A DNA stretch of 64,000 nt from Bradyrhizobiaceae bacterium (GCA_947479905.1 CANKBJ010000002.1:3437-67436); one strand, 5' to 3'; shown: positions 20,604-30,845, counted from the stretch's first letter. Notes: generated by a model from the sequence alone, not told the origin. Numbers and translations: made by a program.

Positions 20604-21269
20604 ATGTCCGATTATCAGCTCTATTGCTTCGCCCAGTCCGGCAACGCCTATCGCGCCGCGCTGATGCTCAACCTGATCGGCGCCAAGTGGAAGCCGGTGT
20701 GGATCGATTTTTTCGGTACGGGCGTCCAGCGCACGCCGGACTATCGCGACGGCGTCAATGAAATGGGCGAAGTGCCGGTGCTGGTCGATGGCGACAAGCG
20801 TTTGTCGCAATCGGGCGTGATCCTCACTTATCTGGCGCGCAAGTCGGGAAAATTCCGGCCGCAAGGCGAGGACCAGGAACTCGAGTCCTTGCGCTGGATC
20901 ATTTTCGACAACCAGAAGGTCAATGGTTTTCTCGGGCCGTTTCGTTTCCTCAAGAACTTCGCCAAGCCGGCCGGCGACCCGGCCGTGGTCGCGTTTCTCA
21001 AGGGACGCATCGACAATGCGCTAGCCATCGTCAACAAGCGCCTGACCGGGCGCGACTTCCTGGTCAGCGACAGACCGACCATCGCCGACATTTCGATGAC
21101 GGCCTATCTGTATTACCCGGCGGACGAGTACGGCTTCGATATCGCCAAGGAGCATCCGGCGATCGGCGCCTGGCTCAAGCGCATGCAGGCCCTGCCCGGC
21201 TGGGCGCATCCTTACGATATCATGCCGGGCTATCCGTTCGGCACGCAAGGCTATCGTAACAAGGCGTAG
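20604..21269 (+). CDS. Glutathione S-transferase
   Basis: SGNAYR, GEVPVL, SQSGVIL, TIADIS. Confidence 0.9.
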   Translation: MSDYQLYCFAQSGNAYRAALMLNLIGAKWKPVWIDFFGTGVQRTPDYRDGVNEMGEVPVLVDGDKRLSQSGVILTYLARKSGKFRPQGEDQELESLRWIIFDNQKVNGFLGPFRFLKNFAKPAGDPAVVAFLKGRIDNALAIVNKRLTGRDFLVSDRPTIADISMTAYLYYPADEYGFDIAKEHPAIGAWLKRMQALPGWAHPYDIMPGYPFGTQGYRNKA

Positions 21270-21272
21270 CGT

Positions 21273-21806
21273 TTAGTCGTGCTTGTGGCCGTGATGGTGG
21301 TCATGGCTGTGATCGTGGCCGCAATGCGCATCATGAACGTGGCCATGGCCATGATCATCATGGTGTTGCATCGGCGGCGCATAGGCGCCGCCTTCCGGTT
21401 CGAAAGGTGCGTCAATGAGCGTGACCTTGGCGCCAAGCGCCGCCAGCAAGGTCTCGACCGCTTCGTCGCGCCGCGCCCGGACGCGGTTCGGTAACAGCTG
21501 AACGGCAATATGGCGGTCGCCAAGATGCCAGGCCAGCCGCGCCAAAGCCGCGACATCGGCGGCCCGCGCCTCGATCAGCGGCTCCGGCGCCGCCACCACT
21601 TCGACCAAGGCGCCGTCGTCAAGCACCAGCAGATCGTCGGTGCGCAAGCGCACGCCGCCATGCAAGTCGATTTCGATTATGCGGCCCTTGACGCTCGTCA
21701 CCGCGCCCTCACCGGCGCTGCGCGCGGCGTAATCCAGAATCACGGTATCGGCCACCGGCCTGTCATGGCGATGCTGGGCGGCGATGACGCTGGTAGCGCG
21801 CGGCAT
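21273..21806 (-). CDS. ureE: Urease accessory protein UreE-like nickel metallochaperone
   Basis: AWHLGDRH, PFEPEGGAY and a His-rich C-terminal tail. Confidence 0.85.
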   Translation of the reverse strand: MPRATSVIAAQHRHDRPVADTVILDYAARSAGEGAVTSVKGRIIEIDLHGGVRLRTDDLLVLDDGALVEVVAAPEPLIEARAADVAALARLAWHLGDRHIAVQLLPNRVRARRDEAVETLLAALGAKVTLIDAPFEPEGGAYAPPMQHHDDHGHGHVHDAHCGHDHSHDHHHGHKHD

Positions 21807-21840
21807 GATGGCGATATTTTCTATGCAAGCTTGAAATCGG

Positions 21841-22743
21841 TCAGTTCAGGCGCGTCGGGCGATCCGGCGCCGCGTCATTGCCCGGCGGTGAAAGGCCCGC
21901 TTCCGGCGCCGTGGCGCTGACGGACGCCGATGGCTCCGAACCCGACGCGGCGGCCGCCAGCGCATCCTTGCGCACATAATCGCGGTAGGACAGCCAGCTG
22001 AGCGGCAGGCTGGCGAGATAGACGATCGCACTCACCGACAGCACTTCCCACGGATAGCTGATCAGCAGCGCGAAAACCAACACCACCACCACGAACACCG
22101 GCAGCACCATTTCCGGCGGTACCCTTTTGCCGACGCGCTTGCCGGACAAGACCGGCAGACGCGACACCATCAGCAGACCGATGGCCAAAGTGTAGAACAG
22201 CGTCAGCCAGATCGTGACAAGACCGTTGGAGACGCCGAGGAAGTAAAGATAGATCGGCAACAGCACCGTCAGCGCGCCGGCTGGCGCCGGGATGCCGGTG
22301 AAAAAGTTGCCCGACCAAGCCGGTTTATCGGGATCGTCGATCATCACGTTGAAGCGCGCCAGCCGCAGCGCCGCGCAGATCGCAAATACCAGGGCCGCTA
22401 TCCAGCCGGCCGATTTCAGTTCGTGCAGGCCCCAGAAATACAGGATCAGTCCGGGCGCGACGCCGAAATTGACGAAATCGGCCAGGCTGTCGAGTTCGGC
22501 GCCGAAGCGCGAGGTACCCTTGAGCATCCGCGCGACGCGCCCGTCGATACCATCGAGCACAGCAGCGAAGACAATGGCGCCGAGCGCCAGTTCGAGCTTG
22601 CCCTCGATCGCCAGCCGGATCGCGGTCAGGCCGGCACACAGCGCCAGCAATGTGATGAGATTGGGCAGCAGGGTGCGCACCGGGATCGCCTTGAAACGGC
22701 GGCGGGGGGGAGACTGCGTCGGATCGATGGGTTGAAAGACCAT
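21841..22743 (-). CDS. pssA: CDP-diacylglycerol--serine O-phosphatidyltransferase
   Basis: DGIDGRVAR...GAELDSLADFVNFG CDP-alcohol motif; downstream of psd. Confidence 0.92.
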   Translation of the reverse strand: MVFQPIDPTQSPPRRRFKAIPVRTLLPNLITLLALCAGLTAIRLAIEGKLELALGAIVFAAVLDGIDGRVARMLKGTSRFGAELDSLADFVNFGVAPGLILYFWGLHELKSAGWIAALVFAICAALRLARFNVMIDDPDKPAWSGNFFTGIPAPAGALTVLLPIYLYFLGVSNGLVTIWLTLFYTLAIGLLMVSRLPVLSGKRVGKRVPPEMVLPVFVVVVLVFALLISYPWEVLSVSAIVYLASLPLSWLSYRDYVRKDALAAAASGSEPSASVSATAPEAGLSPPGNDAAPDRPTRLN

Positions 22744-22829
22744 GACCGCAATATAGCCATTCGCCGCCCTCAACGCTATGCCGGTCTGCCGAAGTTCCCG
22801 GGCGCCGTTAACGAATGCGGCGCGACAAA

Positions 22830-23528
22830 TCAGCCGGCGCGGAACGCCCGGCTTTCGTCATGCGCGCGCAGATCGGCAAGCACCGTCTCGCCGGACAGCG
22901 CGGTCTGCCCGACGGCGACCAGCGGCACGGTGCCTTCGGGCAGATAGACGTCAAGCCGCGAGCCAAAGCGGATCATGCCGAAGCGCTCGCCGGCGCCGAG
23001 CGGCTGGGCTTCGCGCACGTAGCAGATGATGCGGCGCGCGATCAGCCCGGCGATCTGCACCACGGCGATGCGGGTGCCGGCGGCCGAAATGACCAGCGAG
23101 TTGCGCTCGTTGTCGAGCGAGGCCTTGTCGAGATCGGCGTTGAAGAACTTGCCGGGCTGGTAGAGAATTTTCTCGACCCGGCCATTCACCGGGCTGCGGT
23201 TCACATGGCAGTCGAACACGCTCATGAACACCGATATGCGCAGCATCGGCGCAACGCCCATGCCAAGCTCATGCGGCGGCGCCATGGTGGTGATCATGCT
23301 GACGCGGCCGTCGGCCGGCGACACCACCAGCCCTTCGCGCACCGGCGTCACCCGCGGCGGATCGCGGAAGAAATATACGCACCACAAGGTCAGGACCGTG
23401 CCGATCCAGCCCAAGGGCGCCCAGATCCAGAACAGGATCAGGCTGGCAAAGGCGAAGGCGCCGATGAACGGATAGCCTTCCGGCGTGATCGGCACCAGTT
23501 GCTTGCGGATCGAGTCATAGATCGACAT
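22830..23528 (-). CDS. psd: Phosphatidylserine decarboxylase
   Basis: FFRDP, SPADG, HVNRSP, IRFGSR (pyruvoyl cleavage site). Confidence 0.95.
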   Translation of the reverse strand: MSIYDSIRKQLVPITPEGYPFIGAFAFASLILFWIWAPLGWIGTVLTLWCVYFFRDPPRVTPVREGLVVSPADGRVSMITTMAPPHELGMGVAPMLRISVFMSVFDCHVNRSPVNGRVEKILYQPGKFFNADLDKASLDNERNSLVISAAGTRIAVVQIAGLIARRIICYVREAQPLGAGERFGMIRFGSRLDVYLPEGTVPLVAVGQTALSGETVLADLRAHDESRAFRAG

Positions 23529-23538
23529 TTTCAGCTTC

Positions 23539-25506
23539 CTATTCCGCCGCGTCGGCGGGCGCGGCGAGGACCGGCGAATCGCTCGGCGCAATCATATCCG
23601 CAACTGGCGGCGGATTGCGATTGGGCATGGCCCCGTCCTCGGCGACGCGGGCGAGTTTCTCTCGCGCCTCCTCGGCCTCGCGTTGCCGGTTCCACATGCT
23701 GGCATATAGCCCGTTATTGGCGAGCAGAACCGCGTGCCGACCGCGCTCGACGATCTCGCCCTGGTCGAGGACGATGATCTCGTCGGCCCCGACAATGGTC
23801 GACAGCCGATGCGCGATCACCAGAGTGGTGCGGCCTTTCGACACGCGCTCCAGCGCATCCTGAATTTCGCGCTCGGTATGGCTGTCGAGCGCCGAGGTTG
23901 CTTCGTCCAGCACCAGGATCGGCGGCGCCTTCAATATCGTGCGCGCGATGGCGACGCGCTGTTTCTCGCCGCCGGACAGTTTCAACCCGCGCTCGCCGAC
24001 CTCGGCGTCGTAACCCTTCGGCGCCAGCCGGATGAAACCGTCGATCTGCGCCAGACGCGCCGCCTCTTCCACCTCTGCGTCGCTCGCCTCCCAGCGGCCG
24101 TAGCGGATGTTGTAGCGGATGGTGTCGTTGAACAGCACGGTGTCCTGCGGCACCATGCCGATGACCTGACGCAGCGATTTTTGCGAAACCTTGGCGATAT
24201 CCTGACCATCGATGGTGATGCGGCCGCCGAACAGATCGTAAAACCGGAACAGCAGCCGCGAGATCGTCGATTTGCCGGCCCCCGAGGGACCGACCACGGC
24301 GACCGTCTTGCCGGCCGGCACCTCGAAGCTGATGCCTTTGAGAATGCGTCGCGCCGGTTCATAGGCGAACTGCACGTTCTCGAAGCGAATGACGCCGCCA
24401 GAGACCTTCAGCGCCGGCGCGTTCGGTTCGTCCTTGATTTCCGGATCGCGGTTTAAAATCGAGAACATCAACTCGATGTCGATGATCGCCTGCTTGATCT
24501 CGCGATAGACCATGCCCATGAAATTGAGCGGCTGGTACAACTGGATCATCATCGCGTTGATCAGCACGAAGTCGCCGACCGTCTTGCTGCCGTCGCGGAT
24601 CTCGAAGGCGCACAGCACCATCGCCGCCGCCAGACCGCAGGTGAAAATCACCGCCTGCCCGGCGTTGAGCACGGCGAGCGAGGTGTAGGCACTGGTCGAG
24701 GCCTTCTCGTAACGCGCCATGGCGCGGTCGTAGCGTTCGGCCTCGCGCTCCTCGGCGCTGAAATATTTCACCGTCTCGTAGTTGAGCAGCGAGTCGATCG
24801 CCTTGACGTTGGCGTCGGTGTCGCTGTCGTTCATCTTGCGGCGAATGCCGATGCGCCACTCGGTCGCGTAATAGGTATAGACGAGATAAAGCGCGACCGT
24901 GACCAGAATGACCGCGACATAGCGCCAGTCGAACTGCCACATCAGCACGACGACGATCATCGACAGTTCGATGATGGTCGGCGCCAGTTGCAGGATGACC
25001 ATGCGCACGATGGTTTCGATGGCGTTGCGGCCGCGTTCGAGAACACGCGTCAGCCCGCCGGTCTTGCGCTCGAGATGAAAGCGCAGCGACAATTCGTGCA
25101 TGTGAATGAAAGTGCGAAACGCCAACCGCCGCACCGCGTGCATCGCCACCTTGGCGAACATGCCGTCTCGAATTTGCGTCAGCACCGCCATCAGAATGCG
25201 CGTACCGCCATAGGCGATGGTGAGCGCTACCGGCGCCGCGACGACCCACAGCAGCCAGTCTGAGCCTGCGACCGGCGCACTGCCGGCGCCGGCCAGTGCA
25301 TCGGTCGCCCATTTGAAGGTGAACGGCACCACCATGGTGGTCAGCTTGGCGGCGAGCAGCAGCACCATGGCGCCGACGATGCGTGCCTTCAGGTCCGCCC
25401 GTTCGCTCGGCCAGATATAGGGCCACAGATGCAGGACGGTGCGCAAAAGCGAGCCGCTGTCGGCGGAAACCGCGGCGGGTGCTTCGTGATGGTGGTGGTC
25501 GGTCAT
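23539..25506 (-). CDS. atm1: Atm1/Hmt1-type ABCB exporter
   Basis: [20 protein letters not shown], Walker [18 protein letters not shown]. Confidence 0.92.
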   Translation of the reverse strand: MTDHHHHEAPAAVSADSGSLLRTVLHLWPYIWPSERADLKARIVGAMVLLLAAKLTTMVVPFTFKWATDALAGAGSAPVAGSDWLLWVVAAPVALTIAYGGTRILMAVLTQIRDGMFAKVAMHAVRRLAFRTFIHMHELSLRFHLERKTGGLTRVLERGRNAIETIVRMVILQLAPTIIELSMIVVVLMWQFDWRYVAVILVTVALYLVYTYYATEWRIGIRRKMNDSDTDANVKAIDSLLNYETVKYFSAEEREAERYDRAMARYEKASTSAYTSLAVLNAGQAVIFTCGLAAAMVLCAFEIRDGSKTVGDFVLINAMMIQLYQPLNFMGMVYREIKQAIIDIELMFSILNRDPEIKDEPNAPALKVSGGVIRFENVQFAYEPARRILKGISFEVPAGKTVAVVGPSGAGKSTISRLLFRFYDLFGGRITIDGQDIAKVSQKSLRQVIGMVPQDTVLFNDTIRYNIRYGRWEASDAEVEEAARLAQIDGFIRLAPKGYDAEVGERGLKLSGGEKQRVAIARTILKAPPILVLDEATSALDSHTEREIQDALERVSKGRTTLVIAHRLSTIVGADEIIVLDQGEIVERGRHAVLLANNGLYASMWNRQREAEEAREKLARVAEDGAMPNRNPPPVADMIAPSDSPVLAAPADAAE

Positions 25507-25646
25507 TCAGGTCCCGGGAACATCTTGGCCCCTCATATAGGAGGATTCTCACGTCTATTCACCCTTAAGCCGCCAATTCGACAAGGGAAAATAGGGATTT
25601 CGGCCGCCATCTTGACGATCGCGCTATCGCATTGCACATCGGGTCC

Positions 25647-26270
25647 ATGAATCGTCCCGAAACAATCCAAAAAATCGCGAAAATCTGTGTCTATTGCGGC
25701 TCCGGCGGCGGTACCGACCCGGCCTTCGTCGAGGCTGCAACTGCGCTCGGAATCGCCATGGCCAAGGCCGGTATTGGCCTGGTCTATGGCGGCGGCGACG
25801 CGGGCATGATGGGTGCGGTCGCGGACGCGGTCCGGAACAACGGCGGATCGATCACTGGTATTATCCCACAGTTCCTGCTGAACAAGGAGCGCGCGGGCTT
25901 TAACGGCGAAGGCCTCATCGTCACCGCCGACATGCACGAGCGAAAGCGCAAGATGTTCGAAATGGCGGACGCCTTCGTCGCCATGCCCGGCGGTGTCGGC
26001 ACGCTCGAAGAACTGGTCGAGCAGCTCACCTGGGCGCAGCTCGGCCGGCACAAGAAGCCGATCCTGATCGCCAACATCAAAGGCTTCTGGCAACCGCTCT
26101 GCGCGCTGCTCGATCACATGAAGGCGCTGGAATTCATCCGGCCGGGACTGGAATTCGACATGCTGGTCGCCGACCGCGTCGAGGATATCCTGCCGATGTT
26201 GCAGAAAGCGGCGGCCGCGGTGTCGCCAGCCGAAAAGCAAATGCCGCCGGCGGTCGCCGACCGGCTTTAG
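25647..26270 (+). CDS. LOG family protein (TIGR00730)
   Basis: VYGGG..GMMG, MHERK, PGGVGTLEE. Confidence 0.92.
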   Translation: MNRPETIQKIAKICVYCGSGGGTDPAFVEAATALGIAMAKAGIGLVYGGGDAGMMGAVADAVRNNGGSITGIIPQFLLNKERAGFNGEGLIVTADMHERKRKMFEMADAFVAMPGGVGTLEELVEQLTWAQLGRHKKPILIANIKGFWQPLCALLDHMKALEFIRPGLEFDMLVADRVEDILPMLQKAAAAVSPAEKQMPPAVADRL

Positions 26271-26317
26271 CCGGCTTGTCGTTCCGGGGCGCGAGCGCAC
26301 CAGGAATGACACGACGC

Positions 26318-26701
26318 CTATCTGCTCGCCACAAATGTTACCGCCTCGATGCGATTACCGTCCGGATCGCGGATGAAGGCGGCGTAGTAGCCGCCCTCGC
26401 CGTCATGCGGCCGCAAGCCCGGCGCTCCGTCGCTTGCGCCCCCCGCAGCGAGCGCGGCGGCATGAAAGGCGTCCACCTGTTCCTGCGTGCGCGCGCGAAA
26501 ACAGACATGCGCACCGCTTGTAGCTGCGAGCGCCGTCATGTCGGCACGCAGATTGATCCAGAACTCAGAATAGGCCTTGCCGAAGCCGACGGTCGTCGGC
26601 CGGCTTTCCAGTTTTGTCAGGCCGAGCGCGCCCAGCACGATCTCATAGAAACGCGCCGCCGCATCAAGATCGCGCACGGCGACGGAGACGTGATCGATCA
26701 T
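26318..26701 (-). CDS. VOC/glyoxalase family protein
   Basis: IDHVSVAV, HVCF, YYAAFIRDPDGNRIEAV. Confidence 0.9.
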   Translation of the reverse strand: MIDHVSVAVRDLDAAARFYEIVLGALGLTKLESRPTTVGFGKAYSEFWINLRADMTALAATSGAHVCFRARTQEQVDAFHAAALAAGGASDGAPGLRPHDGEGGYYAAFIRDPDGNRIEAVTFVASR

Positions 26702-26712
26702 GGGCACCCTTC

Positions 26713-26810
26713 CTGTCGTCCCCGCGAAGGCGGGGACCCATACGCCGCAGCCTATCGAGAAGCCGCGGAGTATAGGTCCCGGGCTTCGCTTCGCTCACCC
26801 GGGACGACAG
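26713..26810. repeat. REP-like palindromic element, family A
   Basis: Ends CTGTCGTCCC/GGGACGACAG; arm GTCGTCCCCGCGAAGGCGGGGACCCATA nearly identical to the 60658 element; abuts the cimA stop. Confidence 0.85.
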
Positions 26811-28403
26811 TCACGCCGGCGCGCCGGACTTGATCAATTTATAGATGATCGAGTCCATCAAGGCCTGAAACGACGCATCGATGATGTTCGCCGACACGCC
26901 GATCGTGGTCCAGTGGTCGCCGTGCTCGTCCTCGCTCTCGATCAGAACGCGCGTCACCGCCTCGGTTCCGCCGTTAAGGATACGGACGCGGTAATCGGTC
27001 AGGGACAGGCCTTCGATATATTTCTGGTACTTGCCGAGGTCCTTGCGCAGCGCCTGATCCAGCGCATTGACCGGGCCGTTGCCTTCGGCGGCCGAGATCA
27101 TGTTGTCGTCGCCGACCTTGACCTTGACCACGGCCATGGTGACCGTGACGCGCTCGCCTTTGGCATTGATGCGCTGCTCGACACTGACGTCGAACTGGGT
27201 GACGTCGAAATAGGCCGGCACGGTGCCGAGCGTGCGCCGCGCCAGGAGATCGAACGAAGCGTCGGCGGCCTCATAGGCATAGCCGAGGGTCTCGCGCTCC
27301 TTGACGATCTCCAGCAGCCGGCCGATGCGCGGATCGTTCTTGTCGGCCTTGATGCCGATGCGCTCCAGTTCGGCCAACACATTCGACTTGCCGGCCTGTT
27401 CGGAGACCAGCACCTTGCGCTTGTTGCCGACCGACTCCGGCGCGACGTGTTCGTAGGTCGCCGGCTCTTTGGCAATCGCGGACGCATGGATGCCGGCCTT
27501 GGTGCCGAAGGCATTTTCGCCTACATAGGGTGAATAGCGATTGGACGGGCGGTTGAGCCGCTCATCGAGCGCGTGCGACACCAGCGACAATTTCTTGAGC
27601 TGCGCATCGCTGACACCGATATCGAAGGCGTCGGCATATTCCGGTTTGAGCTTCAGAGTCGGAATGATCGACACCAGATTGGCATTGCCGCATCGTTCGC
27701 CGAGCCCATTGAGCGTACCCTGGATCTGGCGCGCGCCGGCGCGCACGGCGGCGAAAGAATTAGCGACCGCCTGCTCGGTATCGTTATGCGCATGAATGCC
27801 GACATGATCGCCGGGGATGACTTTCACCACCGCGCCGACAATGCTCTCCACCTCATGCGGCAGCGTGCCGCCATTGGTGTCGCACAACACGACCCAGCGC
27901 GCGCCCTCGTCATAGGCGGCTTTGGCGCAGGCGAGCGCAAAGGTCGGATTGGCCTTGTAGCCGTCGAAGAAATGCTCGCAGTCCAGCAGCACTTCGCGGC
28001 CCTTGGCCTTTGCCGCGCGTACGCTGTCGCGGATCGAGGCGATGTTTTCGTCTTCGGTTGTCTCCAGCGCGACGCGGACATGATAGTCCCAGCTCTTGGC
28101 GACGAAGCAGATTGCGTCGGCCTTCGCGTCTAACAAGGCTGCGACGCCGGGATCGTTCGACACCGAGCGGCCCGGCCGCCGCGTCATGCCGAAGGCGGTG
28201 AATTTGGTCTTGAGGCCGTGATCGGCGGCGAAGAATTCCGTGTCGGTCGGATTGGCGCCCGGATAGCCGCCTTCGACATAATCGATGCCGAGTTCGTCAA
28301 GCATGCCGGCGATCGCCTTCTTGTCGGCGAGCGTGAAATCGACGCCATTGGTCTGCGCACCGTCGCGCAGCGTGGTGTCGAATAAGTAAAGCCGTTCTTT
28401 CAT
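26811..28403 (-). CDS. cimA: Citramalate synthase (LeuA family)
   Basis: DTTLRDGAQ, EHFFDG, LCDTNGG, HAHND, GERCGN, GNGPV; linked to cysS. Confidence 0.93.
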   Translation of the reverse strand: MKERLYLFDTTLRDGAQTNGVDFTLADKKAIAGMLDELGIDYVEGGYPGANPTDTEFFAADHGLKTKFTAFGMTRRPGRSVSNDPGVAALLDAKADAICFVAKSWDYHVRVALETTEDENIASIRDSVRAAKAKGREVLLDCEHFFDGYKANPTFALACAKAAYDEGARWVVLCDTNGGTLPHEVESIVGAVVKVIPGDHVGIHAHNDTEQAVANSFAAVRAGARQIQGTLNGLGERCGNANLVSIIPTLKLKPEYADAFDIGVSDAQLKKLSLVSHALDERLNRPSNRYSPYVGENAFGTKAGIHASAIAKEPATYEHVAPESVGNKRKVLVSEQAGKSNVLAELERIGIKADKNDPRIGRLLEIVKERETLGYAYEAADASFDLLARRTLGTVPAYFDVTQFDVSVEQRINAKGERVTVTMAVVKVKVGDDNMISAAEGNGPVNALDQALRKDLGKYQKYIEGLSLTDYRVRILNGGTEAVTRVLIESEDEHGDHWTTIGVSANIIDASFQALMDSIIYKLIKSGAPA

Positions 28404-28597
28404 CACGCCGCTTCGCTTTCTTTACCTCCCCCCTTGCGGGGGAGGTCGACCGCCGAAGCGTCAGCGCAGGCGGTCGAGAGGGGGGTAAATCCGCGAGCTT
28501 TGAATCTGAAGCACACCCCCCTCCCCAACCCTCCCCCGCAAGGGGGGAGGGAGAAGCAAGAAGTGGTGTCGAACAGGTACAGGCGTTCGCGGGCCAT
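28403..28597 (-). CDS. 64-aa uORF: duplicate cimA N-terminus (MARERLYLFDTT) read through a palindromic insert; stop overlaps the cimA ATG
   Basis: Residues ERLYLFDTT match the CimA start; AAGG RBS; TGATG overlap. Confidence 0.55.
   Translation of the reverse strand: MARERLYLFDTTSCFSLPPCGGGLGRGVCFRFKARGFTPLSTACADASAVDLPRKGGGKESEAA
28425..28550. mobile_element. MITE/REP-like palindromic element, family C
   Basis: Perfect 21-bp terminal inverted repeat CCTCCCCCCTTGCGGGGGAGG (28425-45 and 28530-50); same architecture as 62278-62393. Confidence 0.8.
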
Positions 28598-28606
28598 TTT
28601 AAACCT

Positions 28607-28726
28607 TCAAGCCAGACTCATGACGACGTAAAGCGCCAGCAACGCAGCGGCGGCCATCACCGCGTATTTCAACACGATGTAATATCGCCAATGACGCGGG
28701 AATGGTGTTTCGTGTGGTTTGGTCAT
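28607..28726 (-). CDS. 39-aa single-TM small protein (not in the supplied ORF track)
   Basis: MTKPHETPFPRHWRYYIVLKYAVMAAAALLALYVVMSLA; GGAGG RBS at 28731-35; ATGA overlap with the GNAT stop. Confidence 0.7.
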   Translation of the reverse strand: MTKPHETPFPRHWRYYIVLKYAVMAAAALLALYVVMSLA

Positions 28727-29226
28727 GACGCCTCCGGTTTGGCCGCAAGTTGCTTATGCATCGTGGTGTTGGCGAGCCATTCGTCGCCGACGGAAATCGA
28801 ATTGCGCTGTTGCGCGACGTAACCGCGCTTCTCGAAAAAGCCGCGCGCCGTGTCGCTGGCATCGACAATGAGCTTGGCGGCGCCGCGTCCCGTCGAAATT
28901 TTCTCCAACGCGTCGGCGAGCATATTGCCGACGCCCTGCCCGGCCGCGACCGGATGTACGTAAAGAAGATCGATCTTAGCCCCGGTGGCCAGCGAGGCAA
29001 AGCCGACGGGTGAGCCCTGCAATGTGGCGATCAGTGTCAACTGGCTGCCGAGCCTTTTGGCGAAAGATTCCAGATCGTCTAGCGCGGCCAGCCAGGCCTG
29101 CTGCTGCGACTCGCTGTAATCGTCCGCCGTCAATTCGGTGACGCTCTCGCGGAAGATTTCCGCCAGCACCGGCGTATCAACCGGCAGGAATGGCCGCAGC
29201 GCCAACTTGGGATGCGCGGTCGCCAT
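28723..29226 (-). CDS. GNAT family N-acetyltransferase
   Basis: LYVHPVAAGQGVG motif A, ARGFFEKRGY. Confidence 0.9.
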   Translation of the reverse strand: MATAHPKLALRPFLPVDTPVLAEIFRESVTELTADDYSESQQQAWLAALDDLESFAKRLGSQLTLIATLQGSPVGFASLATGAKIDLLYVHPVAAGQGVGNMLADALEKISTGRGAAKLIVDASDTARGFFEKRGYVAQQRNSISVGDEWLANTTMHKQLAAKPEAS

Positions 29227-29235
29227 TATAATTCT

Positions 29236-29328
29236 CCGTCATGCCCGCGCTTGTCGCGGGCATCCACGTCTTTCGGATTCATCCACGAAGCAAGACGTGG
29301 ACGGCCGGAACAAGTCCGGCCATGACGG
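29236..29328. repeat. REP/RIME-like palindromic element, family B
   Basis: CCGTCATGCCCGCGCTTGTCGCGGGCATCCACGTC...GACGTGGACGGCCGGAACAAGTCCGGCCATGACGG nested inverted repeats. Confidence 0.85.
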
Positions 29329-29335
29329 CTGAGAG

Positions 29336-30742
29336 TCATCGCGCCAACTCCCAAGTGGTGCCTTCCTTGGAGTCCTTGAGCACGACGCCCATGGCGGCAA
29401 GCTCATCGCGCAGGCGATCGGATTCCTTGAAGTCCCTGGCCGCGCGCGCGGCGGTGCGCGCGTCGATCAGCGACTGCACCTTGCCGGCATCGACATCGGC
29501 ATTCGATTGCCTGCGTGCCGCCCATTGCGCCGCGCTTTCGTTCAGGAAGCCGAGCATGCGCAAAGACCAGGCCAGTTCGTTGCGCGCATTTTCATCGCCG
29601 CTCTGCGCCTTGTTGCGCAGACCGTGCAGCACGGTGATGACCTGATGGGTGTTGAGATCGTCGCCGAGCGCCGCGAGCACCGCGTTCGATATCCGGTCGC
29701 CTTTTGTGTCGCCGACGACCCAGTACCAGTCGTCGAGGGTCTTCCAGCTTTCCTCCAGCCCCTTCACCGTCCAGTCGATCGGCTGGCGATAGTGCGTGCG
29801 CAACATATTGAAGCGCAGCACTTCGCCAGGCCATTTGTCGAGCAGTTCGCGGATGGTGAGGAAGTTGCCGAGGCTCTTCGACATCTTCTCGCCTTCGACC
29901 TGAAGAAAGCCGTTGTGCATCCAGAAACTCGCCATCACCGGCGTGCCGTGCGCGCAGCGCGATTGCGCGATTTCGTTTTCGTGGTGCGGAAAAATGAGAT
30001 CGAGACCGCCGCCGTGAATGTCGAAAACATCGCCGAGATAGGCCGCGCTCATTGCCGAGCATTCGATGTGCCAACCGGGCCGTCCCCGGCCCCACGGGCT
30101 GTCCCAGCCGGGTTCGTCGGCCGATGACTGCTTCCACAAGACGAAATCATTCGGGTGTCTCTTGTGCGCGTCGACCGCGATGCGCGCGCCGGCGAGTTGA
30201 TCCTCGAGATTGCGGCCGGACAAAGCGCCGTAGTCCGGCATCGAGGTGGTGTCGAACAAAACTTCGCCGCCGGCCTCATAAGCGTGGCCGCGCGCGATCA
30301 GTTGCTTGATCAGGCTGACCATGTCGGCCTTGCCGTCGGCGCGCGGCAGCACGAAGTCGGTGGCGCGCGGTTCGACATTCGGGCGCAAGGCGCCCAGCGC
30401 ATCGACGTCGGCGTGGAATTGCGCTTCGGTTTTTTCGGTAACCTTGCGGATCGCCTCGTTGAGCGGCAGGCCGGGAAAGTCGCGCGCGGCCCGGGCGTTG
30501 ATCTTGTCGTCGACGTCGGTGATGTTGCGGACGTAAATTACATGGCTATCGCCGTAGATATGGCGCAACAGGCGGTACAGGACGTCGAAGACGATCACGG
30601 GACGCGCATTACCAATATGCGCGAAGTCATAGACCGTCGGGCCGCAGACATACATGCGCACGCGCGCCGGTTCGATCGGGATGAACACCCGCTTGTCGCG
30701 CTTCAGCGTGTCATAGAGCCGCAATTGCAGGGACGAAGTCAT
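29336..30742 (-). CDS. cysS: Cysteine--tRNA ligase
   Basis: CGPTVY, HIGN, GWHIEC, HHENE, KMSKS. Confidence 0.98.
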   Translation of the reverse strand: MTSSLQLRLYDTLKRDKRVFIPIEPARVRMYVCGPTVYDFAHIGNARPVIVFDVLYRLLRHIYGDSHVIYVRNITDVDDKINARAARDFPGLPLNEAIRKVTEKTEAQFHADVDALGALRPNVEPRATDFVLPRADGKADMVSLIKQLIARGHAYEAGGEVLFDTTSMPDYGALSGRNLEDQLAGARIAVDAHKRHPNDFVLWKQSSADEPGWDSPWGRGRPGWHIECSAMSAAYLGDVFDIHGGGLDLIFPHHENEIAQSRCAHGTPVMASFWMHNGFLQVEGEKMSKSLGNFLTIRELLDKWPGEVLRFNMLRTHYRQPIDWTVKGLEESWKTLDDWYWVVGDTKGDRISNAVLAALGDDLNTHQVITVLHGLRNKAQSGDENARNELAWSLRMLGFLNESAAQWAARRQSNADVDAGKVQSLIDARTAARAARDFKESDRLRDELAAMGVVLKDSKEGTTWELAR

Positions 30743-30786
30743 TCGGGGTCACCAAAGCATAAGGTCGTGCCGGCCTGGGCGTCCCC

Positions 30787-30826
30787 AAAAGCCGTCACCT
30801 TGTATCTCGATTCGAGAAAAGACGGC
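30787..30826 (-). terminator. Putative attenuator hairpin in the cysS leader
   Basis: GCCGTC...GACGGC stem enclosing TCTCGA/TCGAGA, followed by TTTT on the minus strand. Confidence 0.45.
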
Positions 30827-30845
30827 CTCAGCCAGCGTTTGCGCG

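Noticed and set aside
26713-29328. CRISPR array interpretation of the palindromic repeats
   Set aside because: No tandem direct repeats with unique spacers and no cas genes
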